Positions 22,882 through 35,874 of a DNA stretch of 64,000 nt are shown piece after piece. The stretch is from Setoptus koraiensis (lineage: Eukaryota > Animalia > Arthropoda). Below the pieces are notes generated by a model. The model was not told the DNA's origin, ran no database searches, and was given only the letters and a program-made list of their open reading frames with translations. Each line of letters begins with the position of its first letter. The stretch's first letter is position 1. Location of the stretch: assembly GCA_048013815.1 (NCBI GenBank), contig CM106586.1, positions 1,240,001 to 1,304,000 on the forward strand, written 5' to 3'. The translations under genes were made by a program, and so were the position numbers.

Positions 22882-24033
22882 AAACAATGTATGTGTGTGC
22901 GTAGGTGAGTGTGCTACTCTGTGCCACACAATGTGCGCTTTTGCCATTGGCTTCTCTGTTACTTCTTTTTTTCTCCGCCAGGGGCGCGCAGAACTCGTTG
23001 GAGTGTACAGCGAGACCTACAGTGCTCAGTTGAATGAGACAACTGTGGACACTACTCAGCAGTTACCTAGCAGACAGGTTGTGGCGCTGCTACATTGTAC
23101 ATAACTGCACTCGTCGTAGTAGCGGCAGTTCACCACCGGCAGTTCACTCACACTGCTATCCACACTGCCTATGGAAATGCGCCGCCCCTCGCGTCTTTTT
23201 CTTGAACTACAGCCAGAGCCATTGGCAAATTGCCACACGGCACTATTTTATACTGTAGCCCTTGTTCCATTTTCTTCTGAATTGTCGTTCAACTCTTCTA
23301 GGGTCCCTCTCTTCTTCAAAAGGGTAGCTATCTTTTGTAACTAGATCACCTCAACGAACTTGAGCCAGAGAATGACCTCTGCCATTCGAAACAACATTTG
23401 AGGAAGCCTATCCCCGCTGGGAGAGGCTAGTTAGTCTTGTTAGTTGAGCAAAAGATACCTCATGCGATTGTTTGAACCCGTTGTGACAATTTGATCATTG
23501 CAACATCGGAATATCATTTGTTGTCTTGGTGAAAATGAAGCGCGAGATTTACTTGCTAATGAAATCAATGATTGCCATATTTACTACCGGAAGATAACTG
23601 CTTGCACACTCACGTGAGACGCCTTGCTTTCAGAAATTTTCATTCTCACTACGAATCTGATCGTCACCTAATTTTTTCTTTCTGTCAATCACTGTATGCT
23701 GCATGTCAGTATCTGCCACCCGGGAGCGCATTTAGATTTCTAGTGCCGGACATGGGTGGAAATGTGTAGAAAATTTTAATTATTTACGACCAGCACTACG
23801 TTGCGGAAAGTAATCAGAGGTGTCATGCGCTCTCATACGTCATTTCTTGTTACTCTCAATCAGCGGTATCCAAAAAGCTATGATTGTGTGATTCTCAATG
23901 CCACACCAAAGAGGTTCGCCTTGTAACTTGTTTGTGGATTTTTCTCCGATGTCGCAATTATTTGCAAAATTTTCATGTTGTGTCGGACTATCTGGATTTT
24001 CTCAAATTTAGCCACTGGACAAGGGCGATGCTT

Positions 24034-25915
24034 CTACCGGAATGCCCCGTTACTAAGGTATTCGTTTTCTACACGATAAAAGTTCCAGATGAAACGTCTG
24101 AATGTGATAGGAAAATAGATGAGAATGAATTCCCATTATCGATGGCTATTAACTTGAACTGCATCAACCGAATAAACAACACTAACCTGAATATCTCGCA
24201 TGGAGCCAATACAAGAGTAATGAGGTCAAGTGGTACAGAAGCAAATTCTGTCAGGCAAATACTGAAAAATGGACCAAACCTGATAATCACGTCTTGAACT
24301 ATGGCAACGTAATAATATTTTGTGGGATAAACAATTTCCCGACGCAGGAATTTATGCTCTCTGGGTGCTTCAGGATCAGCAAGACCCCAATCCATTGTTA
24401 CATCCCAGATAGACAAGTAACTGCAACTAATGACTGATGCTGCCAACCAACAGAAAAAGAATGGATTGTCCATTGAGCTGTTATGTGCAACTGATGTTGA
24501 CCGATTTCAATAACATTCGCATAAATGATGTAAATAGATGATGAAACAGTCAGTGAATGAATTAGTAGATCGGACTTGAGGGGGCCAATATTATATCTGC
24601 ACCAACCTTTTGTGTATTCAGTTAATGCTGAGAACAGAACAACAAACCAGATAGTTGCATATTTCCCGGCGTTCAACAAATGAGGTTTCACGCTGCGTCT
24701 GTTCTCATCGTAATGACGTCTAACACATTGAGCGAAACGCCACCAAGCCGCCAAACAGGCCACTATTGACCTGATAATAAGACCCTTTGGTTCTCTCACT
24801 AGACAGCGATCTAGATCTGTAAAATAGCCACAATTTGGTTGGGAGTAAAAATGTTCAATCAAATAAATAAAATATGAATCTTACATAAGTTTTGAGAACG
24901 AGAGAACTGAGAATTGATAGATCAAAAACAGAAATTAATATGATTAAACTTGACTTACTTTGGGTGTGCATTTCAATGATTAAATAATGAATAAGCATGA
25001 TAGAGAGAAAATGCAAGAATAAAAACATACTATATCTACATTCACCAATGGTGAAAACAGTTAATGATCAATTCCAAAGTGAACACAATCGACTATCATC
25101 AATGTTGACTCACCGGTATTCCCGTACAAGTCTGATGAGGTTAAATAAAAGCACGAGATGTATTCTATGTCGAGGAGTATGGGTACGAAACTGTTAAATT
25201 GGTCACCTAGCCATAACTCGCCAAATTTCACGCGATAAAACGGAGCGGAAATCATGCGGCCCTTTGAAAAGTGAACAGAAAGATGAATAATAGAAAACAA
25301 AGATTGGATATCAATGCAAAAGGCAACTAGTCCGATATATCAGATGTCTCTTTGAGTAAGTTATGCAATAGTTATTTTAGAGTTGAGCAATTGATTACTC
25401 ACTATGCAGGTGAGCAGCCAGACTCTGGCGCTGTAGTGGCACGTTTTCGTTGGATTCAATAAATACAATATCATCACCGAGTTCAAAATTAACGGATTTA
25501 TCAGGGGCGGAATTCCAATTGTTGACGACCACAAAAATAACAGTACTGAGGCGCACCACAATACTCCGAATGTAAACGATACCTCTAATAAGTCTTGCGC
25601 TCCTAAATGATCGCGGGGATCCAACTCAAATATGAGTACGTGATTGACGCCGTGCGCTCGCCAACCATAAATGTTGATGCCAACTAGAAAGATGAATATC
25701 ACAATAAATAACGAACTTCTGTACAATCGGAATACAATGCGCCAATCGTCGCTAGTCTGTTGAAATAATCCTGTCAATATAACGGCACATACAAGCATTA
25801 GGAAGGCCCCAGAAAAGAAGCCAACTCTGAATGCTGTCCAAGATCTCGATTTATCGTTTGGTGATGTCGAACAGGTAGGCTCCGAGTAATCGGTGACAAT
25901 TTCTTTCCCGACCAT
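24034..25915 (-). CDS. XPR1/PXo paralog lacking the SPX domain and C-terminal tail (EXS/transmembrane part only), 5 exons, ~412 aa
   Basis: Exons 25915-25403, 25261-25114, 24816-24607, 24490-24187 and 24097-24034. Intron positions and phases match the adjacent full-length copy, with no frameshifts. It begins [36 protein letters not shown] and ends [22 protein letters not shown]. Confidence 0.75.
25396..25825. repeat. 430-bp direct repeat, copy 1 (partner at 29463-29892)
   Basis: By-eye comparison found no mismatch from tactcactatgcagg to agaaaagaagccaac. Confidence 0.88.
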
Positions 25916-27665
25916 TTGATTGACTGGAATTGATTTGGTGTGAATCGGTTGGCTTCTCCAAAGTACGGTCAATGTCTATATACTTCGATCGAGTGGTTTG
26001 AACCACAATTTTGTGTTGTTCTCTATTCTGTTTAGTGATCTCTCCACTTTGAGTCAGAGATGTCGTGTCAAAAGATAAATTCTAATCGAAAAGTTTTTTG
26101 GTATAAGATATTCATGAGACAAAATCCCATCGTGGTGACAGATTCTGTCGGTTGAGTGTATTTTTGACTGCAGCAGAATTTCGCAAATCAACCATTCATT
26201 CAAGCTAGAAATTAAGTGGGACTAGCTGATGAAATTTATCTTCACCAACGATGACTAACTATTCTATCCTCCCTATCAAGAGTGAATTCTCTTCTAAACG
26301 GGTCAGTTCATAAAATAAGCATCGTCATTTTCCAAAACAGGTTGAAGTTTCTGAGCAACAAAGAACAAATCAACACATCGGATAACCATATTAAACTATG
26401 ACATAAATTTATACATTTATGAGATGAGCCAGCTAACTGGCAATCGATTCTCATGTAAGTCGAGTGTTATTTCGTTTGTGGTAAGCAAAGACAGAAAATG
26501 AAAAGATAATTATATTGTCAGGTCGAGTCTCAGCTGGGAGAACTGTCAGTCGTCGCTTGATAATCCATAATAATCTAGCAGAATTGTTTCATCATTTCAT
26601 TGACGTTAAACAACGTGATACAATCGTGTTATATGCATCCATATGTTAGAAATGCTATTTTGTGTACTCTTTTTTTGGAAATTTTCCGATTGAATCTATC
26701 CCGATGAAACTAGAAGGTATCAAACAACAAACAAAGAGCATAGGCCGTCTTATCCCAAAAAACACGACTGATTTGTTGTGGGTGCTAATCATTGGAAGCA
26801 CTCGCAATAGAATTCACCATTGGTGATATGCTCCGGCGTAAATGAGAGAGGGAGAGAAAGAGGGAAAAAAATCCACATATTTGATAATGTCAACCAAGTG
26901 TGGTTATCTTTCAAAAAGTTTCTCCGTCAACAAAATCACCAGCAAACCATTGATACAAAATAGCATTGGTCGCCTCGCTTTTATTCGCCTGATTGATTAG
27001 ACAATGAGAAAACTTGCTCCAGTTCCGTCCTGGTTTTCACTATTTTTATTTGATAATCGATTGACCAAATCAGGTAGTTTTTATCGATGGATTGATTTTT
27101 CTTCGGTTCACTCTGCCAAATGATTGTTCATGTGATCTCATAATGCTGCATGACCGATTAACTCAATTATTCTCCACAAAGATCTGTCTAAATGTATCTC
27201 TCACTGGTAAGGCCTAATGTATACTAGTTATTAACCAGTTGTTAGTCTCATTAATTTACAACAATTATGTTAAATTTTACAGTTTTTGGCATTTAAAAAA
27301 TGGGAAACTTTTCAATGAATTGTGAAATTGAACCATTTGCACACGGATAGTGGTTGTTTCGTGCGGCCCCCTCACGGCGAAGATTGTGTCTTGGATTAGA
27401 AGTGGCCGATCGCAACAAAAAGATACCCCCGTATCGTCTCGAATATCTGACGCTAATTTATAGTACAAAAATACAGTATCCTAAACATTGTGCATTGTTG
27501 TACGCATTATTTGTTAGTTCCGGCAATCGTAAGCTTGTCACCGTTGTGCAATTTATTCTCTAACTCGTCATCTTATCTAACAATTGCTTTTTATTTTAAA
27601 GTAACGAATTGAGTGTTAACTAAATTTAGCCTATTTCTAATGAATTGGTTCAATTTGTTTGTGTT

Positions 27666-30600
27666 CTACATTATCAACACAACAGAAGGGTCCATACTCT
27701 CCTCTAAGGCTTTCTTTCTGGATTTCTCGTCTAACATTCTCGACTTTATCTTGTTTCGGAACATGGACAACCCGTCTGGCTCATCCATCACTTTGAGGAT
27801 TCTATTTAATGAGCTGAGATTTATATTTTGGCCTGATATCGATATATCTCTGACTGCTCTGAATTCACCACAGTTATTGAGATGTTCGTTTTCCAAACGA
27901 TAGAAGTTCCAAATGAAACGCCTAAATATCAATGAGCGAATGATATCAACCGATGAACAAATTATTAGTAATGTGACACGCAATTTAAAAATGTCTTGAG
28001 ATCGGTCAAATTGTTTGAGTTTGCACTCACCTGAATATTTCGCATGGCGCTAGCACAAGTGTTATAAGATCGGGTGGTATGGCACCTACTTCTGTCAGAG
28101 AAACACTCAAAGTCCAACCGAATCTAAACACAAAGTCCTGTACCATGGCTATATAATAATACTTAGCCGGATAAACAATTTCCTCGCGCAAAAACATATA
28201 TTCTTTGGGCGCCTTTGGATCATTGAGGCCCCAATCCATTTTGACATCCCATATAAATGTGTAACAAGAACTGAAGACTAGCGATGTTATCCAGCAGAAA
28301 AAGAATGGATTGTCCGTGGAGCTGATATAATCATCTGAGCGAGTTATTTAGATGATGCATTTAAAATGAAAAAAAGACGATATAATCAGTTGCCAATTCA
28401 CATCAATCATAACTCTGAATTACGATCGACGGCAATTGGTACTTACCTTGAGTATACTCCGTCAGTGTTGAGAATAAAACAACCAACCAGACGGTCGCAT
28501 ATTTTCCGGCGTTCAACAAGTGGGGATTTGCGCGTCTATTCTCATCAAAATAACGTCTAACACATTGAGCAAAGCGCCACCAGGCCGGCAAACAAGCCAC
28601 TATTGACCTGATAATCAAATCTTTTGGTTCCCTAATCATACACCGGTCTACATCTATTGATGAATAAACATTTGATGGGATTGACATAAAAAGAATGGCT
28701 CATACAGAGTTAGTAAGAGTGGTTATCAAGTTGGAAAGTGCCTCTTGTAACATCTAAGATGTGTGAGTCTAATACTAAATTAAAACAAAGATAACAGTTT
28801 CAATCTATATTGAAGCGTTGATCTAGAGTGACATACTTACATGCATAACAATCAATATTAAACAATCAATTAATTAATGGGAGCAATTTAATGAGAGTGA
28901 CAAATCAAGATATTAATATACAAATAATAATGGTAAATAATTAAAAAAAACAAATTAGGAATTAAATTAACAAAATTAAGAATCAAATTAACAAAATCCA
29001 GAATAGATTTTTCGAAAGTTAATCTACTAGTGAGCAAACAACATAGGTCACAATCGGTGACTGAAATGTTCAGCAATCTAGATAAGCGATAAATACAGAT
29101 GCTATGCGAATGACATATGTACCGTTATCCATTATCTGATACTCCAGTGAACAATCAATGAGCAGTTTGTTATAAATATTGCCATTTCTGTTATTGCGTC
29201 TACTTACCGACGTTTCCATAAAGGTCCGATGAGGTCAAATAGAAGCACGAGGTATATTCCACGTCTAATAGAACGGGCACCAGACTGTTGACTTGATCAG
29301 CCAGCCAGAAATCGGCGAATCTCACTCGGTAGAAGGGTGCTGCCACAATTCGACCCTGCACATAAAAGAAAGTTGATTCAGAAAGAAAATTGATTTTTTT
29401 TTAAATTAGCACAAATAAATTAGCACAGATAAATTAGCGACAAAATAGCGATGTTAGATAGATACTCACTATGCAGGTGAGCAGCCAGACTCTGGCGCTG
29501 TAGTGGCACGTTTTCGTTGGATTCAATAAATACAATATCATCACCGAGTTCAAAATTAACGGATTTATCAGGGGCGGAATTCCAATTGTTGACGACCACA
29601 AAAATAACAGTACTGAGGCGCACCACAATACTCCGAATGTAAACGATACCTCTAATAAGTCTTGCGCTCCTAAATGATCGCGGGGATCCAACTCAAATAT
29701 GAGTACGTGATTGACGCCGTGCGCTCGCCAACCATAAATGTTGATGCCAACTAGAAAGATGAATATCACAATAAATAACGAACTTCTGTACAATCGGAAT
29801 ACAATGCGCCAATCGTCGCTAGTCTGTTGAAATAATCCTGTCAATATAACGGCACATACAAGCATTAGGAAGGCCCCAGAAAAGAAGCCAACCCTAAACA
29901 CCGTCCAAGGTTTTGGCGTGTCGTTCAAGGGTGGCACTCGCAATCGTTTCATTGCCCGTTGCCTGTCGCCGGCCTCTAAATGACAGGTGACAATATTTTC
30001 TGTTTCTTCCACCAGTTTATCGACATCTTTGTTTGTGTGAAAGAACGAACATTCAACGTGTTCATGGTGCCACCTTTTGCCTATTTCATTACCTAATAAT
30101 TTATCGTGTTTCTTAAGTATCTTTCTAAAGCCTGTGAAATTAAGCCTCTGATAGTTTTGTAGTAGCACTAGACTGAGATAGAATTCGCTAAAGGCCAATT
30201 TTAAATCATGTAATTTCTTTTTATCAATACCAGGTCTAACGGCCAACGGATGCATGTCCGAATAGGAGTGTGCTTTTATGAGACGTTGTTCATCTTTCTC
30301 TGATTTGTTGTTGCCACCGCCACTGTTGTTACCATTTCCGGATAATATTGCCACGTCCCAGGTTGATTTTGGAACAAAATTGCCCGTGATACTTTGGGTC
30401 TGTTGCTGCTGTTGCGGTTGGGGTGGAATAGGAAATTGTGGAAATGGTTGTTGTTGTTGTGGTTGCGTTTGTTCTAGTTGCTGCTGTTGTTCTAATTGAA
30501 ATTGTTGTTGTTGTGGCTGCTGCTGTTGTTGTTGTTGTTGTGTTTGCTGTTGTTGTTGTTGTTGCTGGAGCACAGAGTTACGTTGACGCAAATTGATTGT

Positions 30601-31017
30601 CGACACAAATGATGAACGTGTAAAAGGTGGAGGTATGTTGCTGAGATTGCCATGGTTGCCTTGGTGATGGAAAAGGGACGTCTTAGATTGTTGCTGATGT
30701 ATCAATTGCTGATGATGCTGTTGTTGTTGTAAGGCCAGCGCGTCCATTTCCTTTTTGAGAGCATCAAATTTCCTCTTGGCCTCTGCCAGTTTTTCTTCGT
30801 AAAAAACATTTATTTTGAATAGTTCTTTTTCGCAAAAGGCCAAAAAATCTTCATCGAATGCCCTAATCAATCTGACAATCTCCTGTGGGTCCGTTGTTTC
30901 AATGGTGGGTAAATTTTCAATGGCCTCATACAGCATTGTTTTCATGTCTTCGTATACGATATATTGGCGGCGCCATTCTGGCGTTATGTGCGCCAATAGG
31001 TGCTCTGCGAATTTCAT
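27666..31017 (-). CDS. XPR1: Full-length XPR1/PXo phosphate exporter (SPX + EXS), 5 exons, ~820 aa
   Basis: Exons 31017-29470, 29355-29208, 28653-28447, 28334-28031 and 27921-27666. SPX motifs MKFAEHL...YEDMK and [36 protein letters not shown] motifs [28 protein letters not shown] and [31 protein letters not shown]. Confidence 0.95.
29463..29892. repeat. 430-bp direct repeat, copy 2 (partner at 25396-25825)
   Basis: Same sequence as 25396-25825. It covers the 3' part of exon 1 of XPR1 plus 7 nt of intron. Confidence 0.88.
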
Positions 31018-34000
31018 TTTTGTTCGTTCGCTATGTGTTTAGTTGTTTGTTCCTTGGCTTGTTGTGTTTTTGTTTCTGTCTTTTATCTCCCCTCTATTAC
31101 CACTATTACTACTGCTACTACTGCTATTGTTCTGGTTTCCGTTGAAATCAATCAATTTATAAATGCTGATAAAATGGTAATGCAAGCTAATAAAATACTA
31201 TCATATACTCTGTGTAGTTGCGTATCTAAAATTTGTTTTTGTCTATCGATGGTCGTCTGGCAAAAATAGGTGTCTGTCTGGCATCAATGGGCGATAGTCA
31301 TCGAGGTGGCGCCATCATAACAACATTGATTATGATGACAACAATAACAACAATATTAATTATAATGATTATAATAATAACAACGAATAATATAAATTAG
31401 AATAATAAAATCATGTTAATTTGTAGCGATGGTTGTATCTAGTGTATCAATTGTCACAATGAGAGCGCGATTAGTGGTGGCTGGTTGGTTGGTTGATTGT
31501 TGCCGCGCCAATACAAATATACAAATAAACAAATGAGAGAGACACACACAACTAGACACACAAGGTGACTGCTCCATACTCTGATATATCACGGCCACTC
31601 GCTTGCTTGCTGGGCTGGCGTCGAGCCTTCCAGTCGCGAGCTGTGAGCTTAACCATTTTGCGACGACGACCTCGACAACGAGCTGGCTGCTGCTGTTTGC
31701 GTGTCAGTGTGTCACGTCGCCTAGTGAACAAGCCCAGCAAATTCTCCCACTCACAACATTTCCAGCTCGCAAGCTGCCAGTTACGTCAAAAACAGCAATC
31801 ACCTGGCAAGCTAGTGTTGCGAATGCGCCGGCGCTAGAGTCGCTGCTGCTGCTAATATCGCTATGTTCGCGCGAGCAGCAGCGACACCAGCGCCAAAGAC
31901 GATATTGCGTATATTGTGTGGTACACAAGCGAATGGGACACAGTTCTTGTGCACTTGATCATATGTTCGTCGTTGTTGGCCATGAGATCAGCAGCAGCGA
32001 CAACAACAACAACAACAACATAACAACATGGCAATGAAAATAAAAGAACAAGAAAATAAAATTAACTATTACTGTCCTAAATTGCTGCCGCTCTCTAGTT
32101 ACACAATCCACTAATAGCCTTTAGTGTAAATCTAATAGCGAGCTTCAATTCAATTCTCGTCGGTCTATAGTTAGCTAGCTCGCTCACTCATAAGTCACCA
32201 GTTAGTGGAGTAGCGACTTTGCTTGAACTTGAACCATTGCATGCTTACATCACGCCGTGTCACTCAATGCACATCTCATTGGATTTCCTTAATTTGCATA
32301 ATTCATTCTCCCTTCCTCTCGTTCGCTCTTTTTGTTCTTGCTGCTAATGGCTGAATGTGTGACTTCAATTTATCATAATATAATTATGATGCAAACAGTA
32401 ACAGTAGAGGTAAATTGTCACCTTTCAATTGACTCTGTCCAACGCATCTACATTTGAACGTTTACATTTTGCATTCAGCTGCCATAAGTGACTGTCAGCG
32501 ACTGGCCGGCCACCAGAAAAAACGCAACGTCTGCAACAGTGATCAATGCCGAGCTTAATTAACTTAATACTATTAACTTAACAGTCGCTTGCAATCATTT
32601 TGCATAATATAAGACAGTTAATTGCAATTAAGCAGAACATTATTGATATGTAAACAACAGTGTAGCATTGATACTTTCTATGACTGTGGGTGCATGCATT
32701 GTTTCCATAATGTCAAACATCGGACAAGGTGTTTTCTCGATGACGAAAATGACGGCAAAATATTTCTCTCTAAACACCTTTTGTCTGCCTCTTGAACGAC
32801 AATAATTTTTAGCCTCGCGACACAACTAACTTATATATCTGAAAACAAATGCCGAACGAAATCCTCTAAATCTACTAAATCTAAACTCTTGTTGAGCCAT
32901 TGTTTAAATTGCGATGACGACAACGACAACGACTACGACCACCACTACCACCACCGAAACAATTACAATTAATTCATTGGGCTTACCACTCAAGCAACTG
33001 AAAGCTATGATTTTCAGTCGGCTGTCAACATAACTGTAACATGTAGCCTCACATTAATTAATCAGCTCAAGCATGACACGGCTGTTTACATGTTTTGTGG
33101 CTTCCTTTTTCTACTCTAGTTTTGCTTTAATAGATTCTATTCCAGGAAACGATGCGCTGTTGTTGTAGCCGTTGTTGTTGTTGGTGTTGTTGTTGTTGTA
33201 GCCGTTGTTGTTGCTGTTGCTGCTAACAGTAATATTGCTGTTTTGACAGGTTGATCTGTTTACTGTCTGGTCTGTGGCTAGCAAGTGGAGTTTATCAATG
33301 AAACAAAAGTATTTTCGGTTGGTTCATTCTGATGAAATCAATGTCACGAGTTTGTTGTTGTTCTCCTTGATTTGTTGATCGCCGTGTTGCTAATGCGGAT
33401 GATCTAGGTATCGCGAACTCATATGATACAGTGACGTTGTTTAGCAGTCTAATTACAACAACATAAACGCAGATTTTTCGCTAATTAACAGCACTAACTT
33501 TTCTCATCTTTCGCACACGTAAACACATCATATTTTCATTTGTTTATGTTGTTGCTAATGTGTCTGGAATTGCAGCAATAGAAGGACTTTAAATTATCAA
33601 TAGAGGCAACTAGCTACATACAGATGATACTTTTGTTATACTAAATCACGGCTAAACAGTTCTCTAATATATATTTGATTCGCATTCACTCTTGTTGATC
33701 TTGCGAGCGACTACTTTAAATATGCAACTTGTTACAAACTTCAATAGCTATAGTCATTATGAGGTATTCATGCACTATTGTTTGCACAATTATTATGGGT
33801 TAAGGGATGGGCTTATAATGGTGGTGGGGTGATTTTGAGTAGACAAACTACGACAACAGTTGATGCTATTGGCAATTTACCTATCTACATGGAGTATAAA
33901 TAGAACGCTCTAATCTCTGGGATAATTCACAGTCACCTAATCACTTACAACAGGTAAACAAACAAAAAAGACTAGCCAAACTTTGACATCTTTTTTCTAT

Positions 34001-35874
34001 TTAACTCTATTTTCATTTTGTTATTAAAGACATTGTGTTGTTTGCTGATTTCAGATGTCATTATTTCTGCATTTGTCATCATTTGACGTACACAAGAATG
34101 TATCGTGTCGATTGTTTTGCCAAGTTACTTTGATTTTGCGATCATTCTCACAACAGTAACGCACACACACAAATTAAACAGGGTGCCATAAACTCTGTTA
34201 ATCTATCCACTGTCACCTGACACGACTAGCTAACGTTATAATCAATAAATTAAATTAGTATCTGCGATGGGATGAAGGAAGGTGAGTTCACGATGAATGC
34301 GAAAAATAAAACTATGGAAAATTGTCACACCATAATCATGTCTACTTGACACCACTTTTAGTTATTTTAGTCATTTGTCCTCGGAAACTAAATCATCATT
34401 TGATGAAGTATTTCACTAAACTTTATTAGATACTGTGGTTTGGTTGGCAATTAGTTATTTGCCTGATACGCCTCTGAGAGATAAGAGAGCCAAAAGGTAC
34501 CACTGGCTGATGATCAGGCCAGTGAAAATTCAAAAACAAATGCCTTTCTGATGATATAGCACGTATTATATCCATGATTGATCGTCATTATATTGATGAT
34601 GTTCATCATCAATGGAGTATGAGAAAAAATTCAATTATGCCAACTCTTTTCTTTTGGAAACAGTTTCATGTGCTGCCAATGGTTGACAATCCGGTTCTAA
34701 TGTAAACTCAATTAAGCATTAAACGACAAACGTTTAATGTTCTCGGTGCCTATTAAATAGCTAGAGTTGTAGACAAAAAGGCAGATAGATTGATAGCAGA
34801 ATTTCGTGCCCCAGAGCATCATGAGGAGAGCCATTCAACTCTCTTGAGCTGATTAGAAAAGCAATGAGTCATTCAGTCTACTAATGCAACATGTGACTAT
34901 CAATAATATCAGCAACTAAATTGTTGTAATTTGAGTTGTTGCTGTCTTGCCGATTTCACCAATCAAAGCGTATTGTTTGTTCCACTAAATGATTATTCAT
35001 GTATATATAAAATCAGCCATTGCATTGTTGTGCGATACCGTCGTCTCTCATGATTTAACAATCATTGATTGTTGCGCGACAGTAATGCACAACAGAACCA
35101 TATAAAGATCTTGTTTTTTTCCTTTGTATCCGTTCCTTGTATGGATTCTGTTGTGTCTCTAAAGAAAAGAAAACTGTAATTTCACTGTAATGGTCGTCTG
35201 AATTATTTAACGGAACAACAATTACAGTGTAACAGCACAGTGGCGTATTGTCTTGTCGAAAGGGCTCGATCTACTGAACAATATTCTCAACGATTTCTTA
35301 CGTATAGCTAGACACTGCTGAAGCAGTCGATAGTGTCATGCATTGGAAGTTGTCAGTTTCGCATCGGTTGGATCATTCTCAAGATGCGAAACTTATTTTT
35401 CAACTTTCACTTCAATCAGCTTCGTTTGAATCAATGGCTACTACCATAGTTGGACTAGTTAGGGTTATATCGGATGTCGTGGAAAACATTCCAAAGCTAT
35501 CATTGTAATATTGATTTGATACCTCGCGAGAATATGAAAAGTATCTGGATTCCTTGATCCTGAAAAGTGAACGACGAAAAAAAAACTTTTTTTTCAAAGT
35601 TGGCGCGCTTCCCATCGAACGCACGTCAACGAACTCGATGTATTGTTGACACTAGTGAATCAGCTGTTTTCGCTGTGAGAGCTTTATCATATGTTTGACA
35701 CATCACTAGATTCATCCAGACTCTTTGAGGTATGGACAATTGCCTCTGCCAATCAAACAAACTTAACGTATATTTATTTATTTAACATTGTTTCGTATGT
35801 CATTGGCTACGACGATCGGATGTTTTCGTTCAACTCATCAGCGTTGACAATCAGTAATTAGGATTATTTGTAAC

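Noticed and set aside
22895-23520. Complex sequence with overlapping short ORFs between the BAG promoter and the XPR1 paralog
   Set aside because: All frames close quickly and no protein or repeat family was recognised.
31400-35800. ORFs and long noncoding stretch upstream of XPR1
   Set aside because: Microsatellite-derived ORFs only; interpreted as promoter/UTR-intron DNA.
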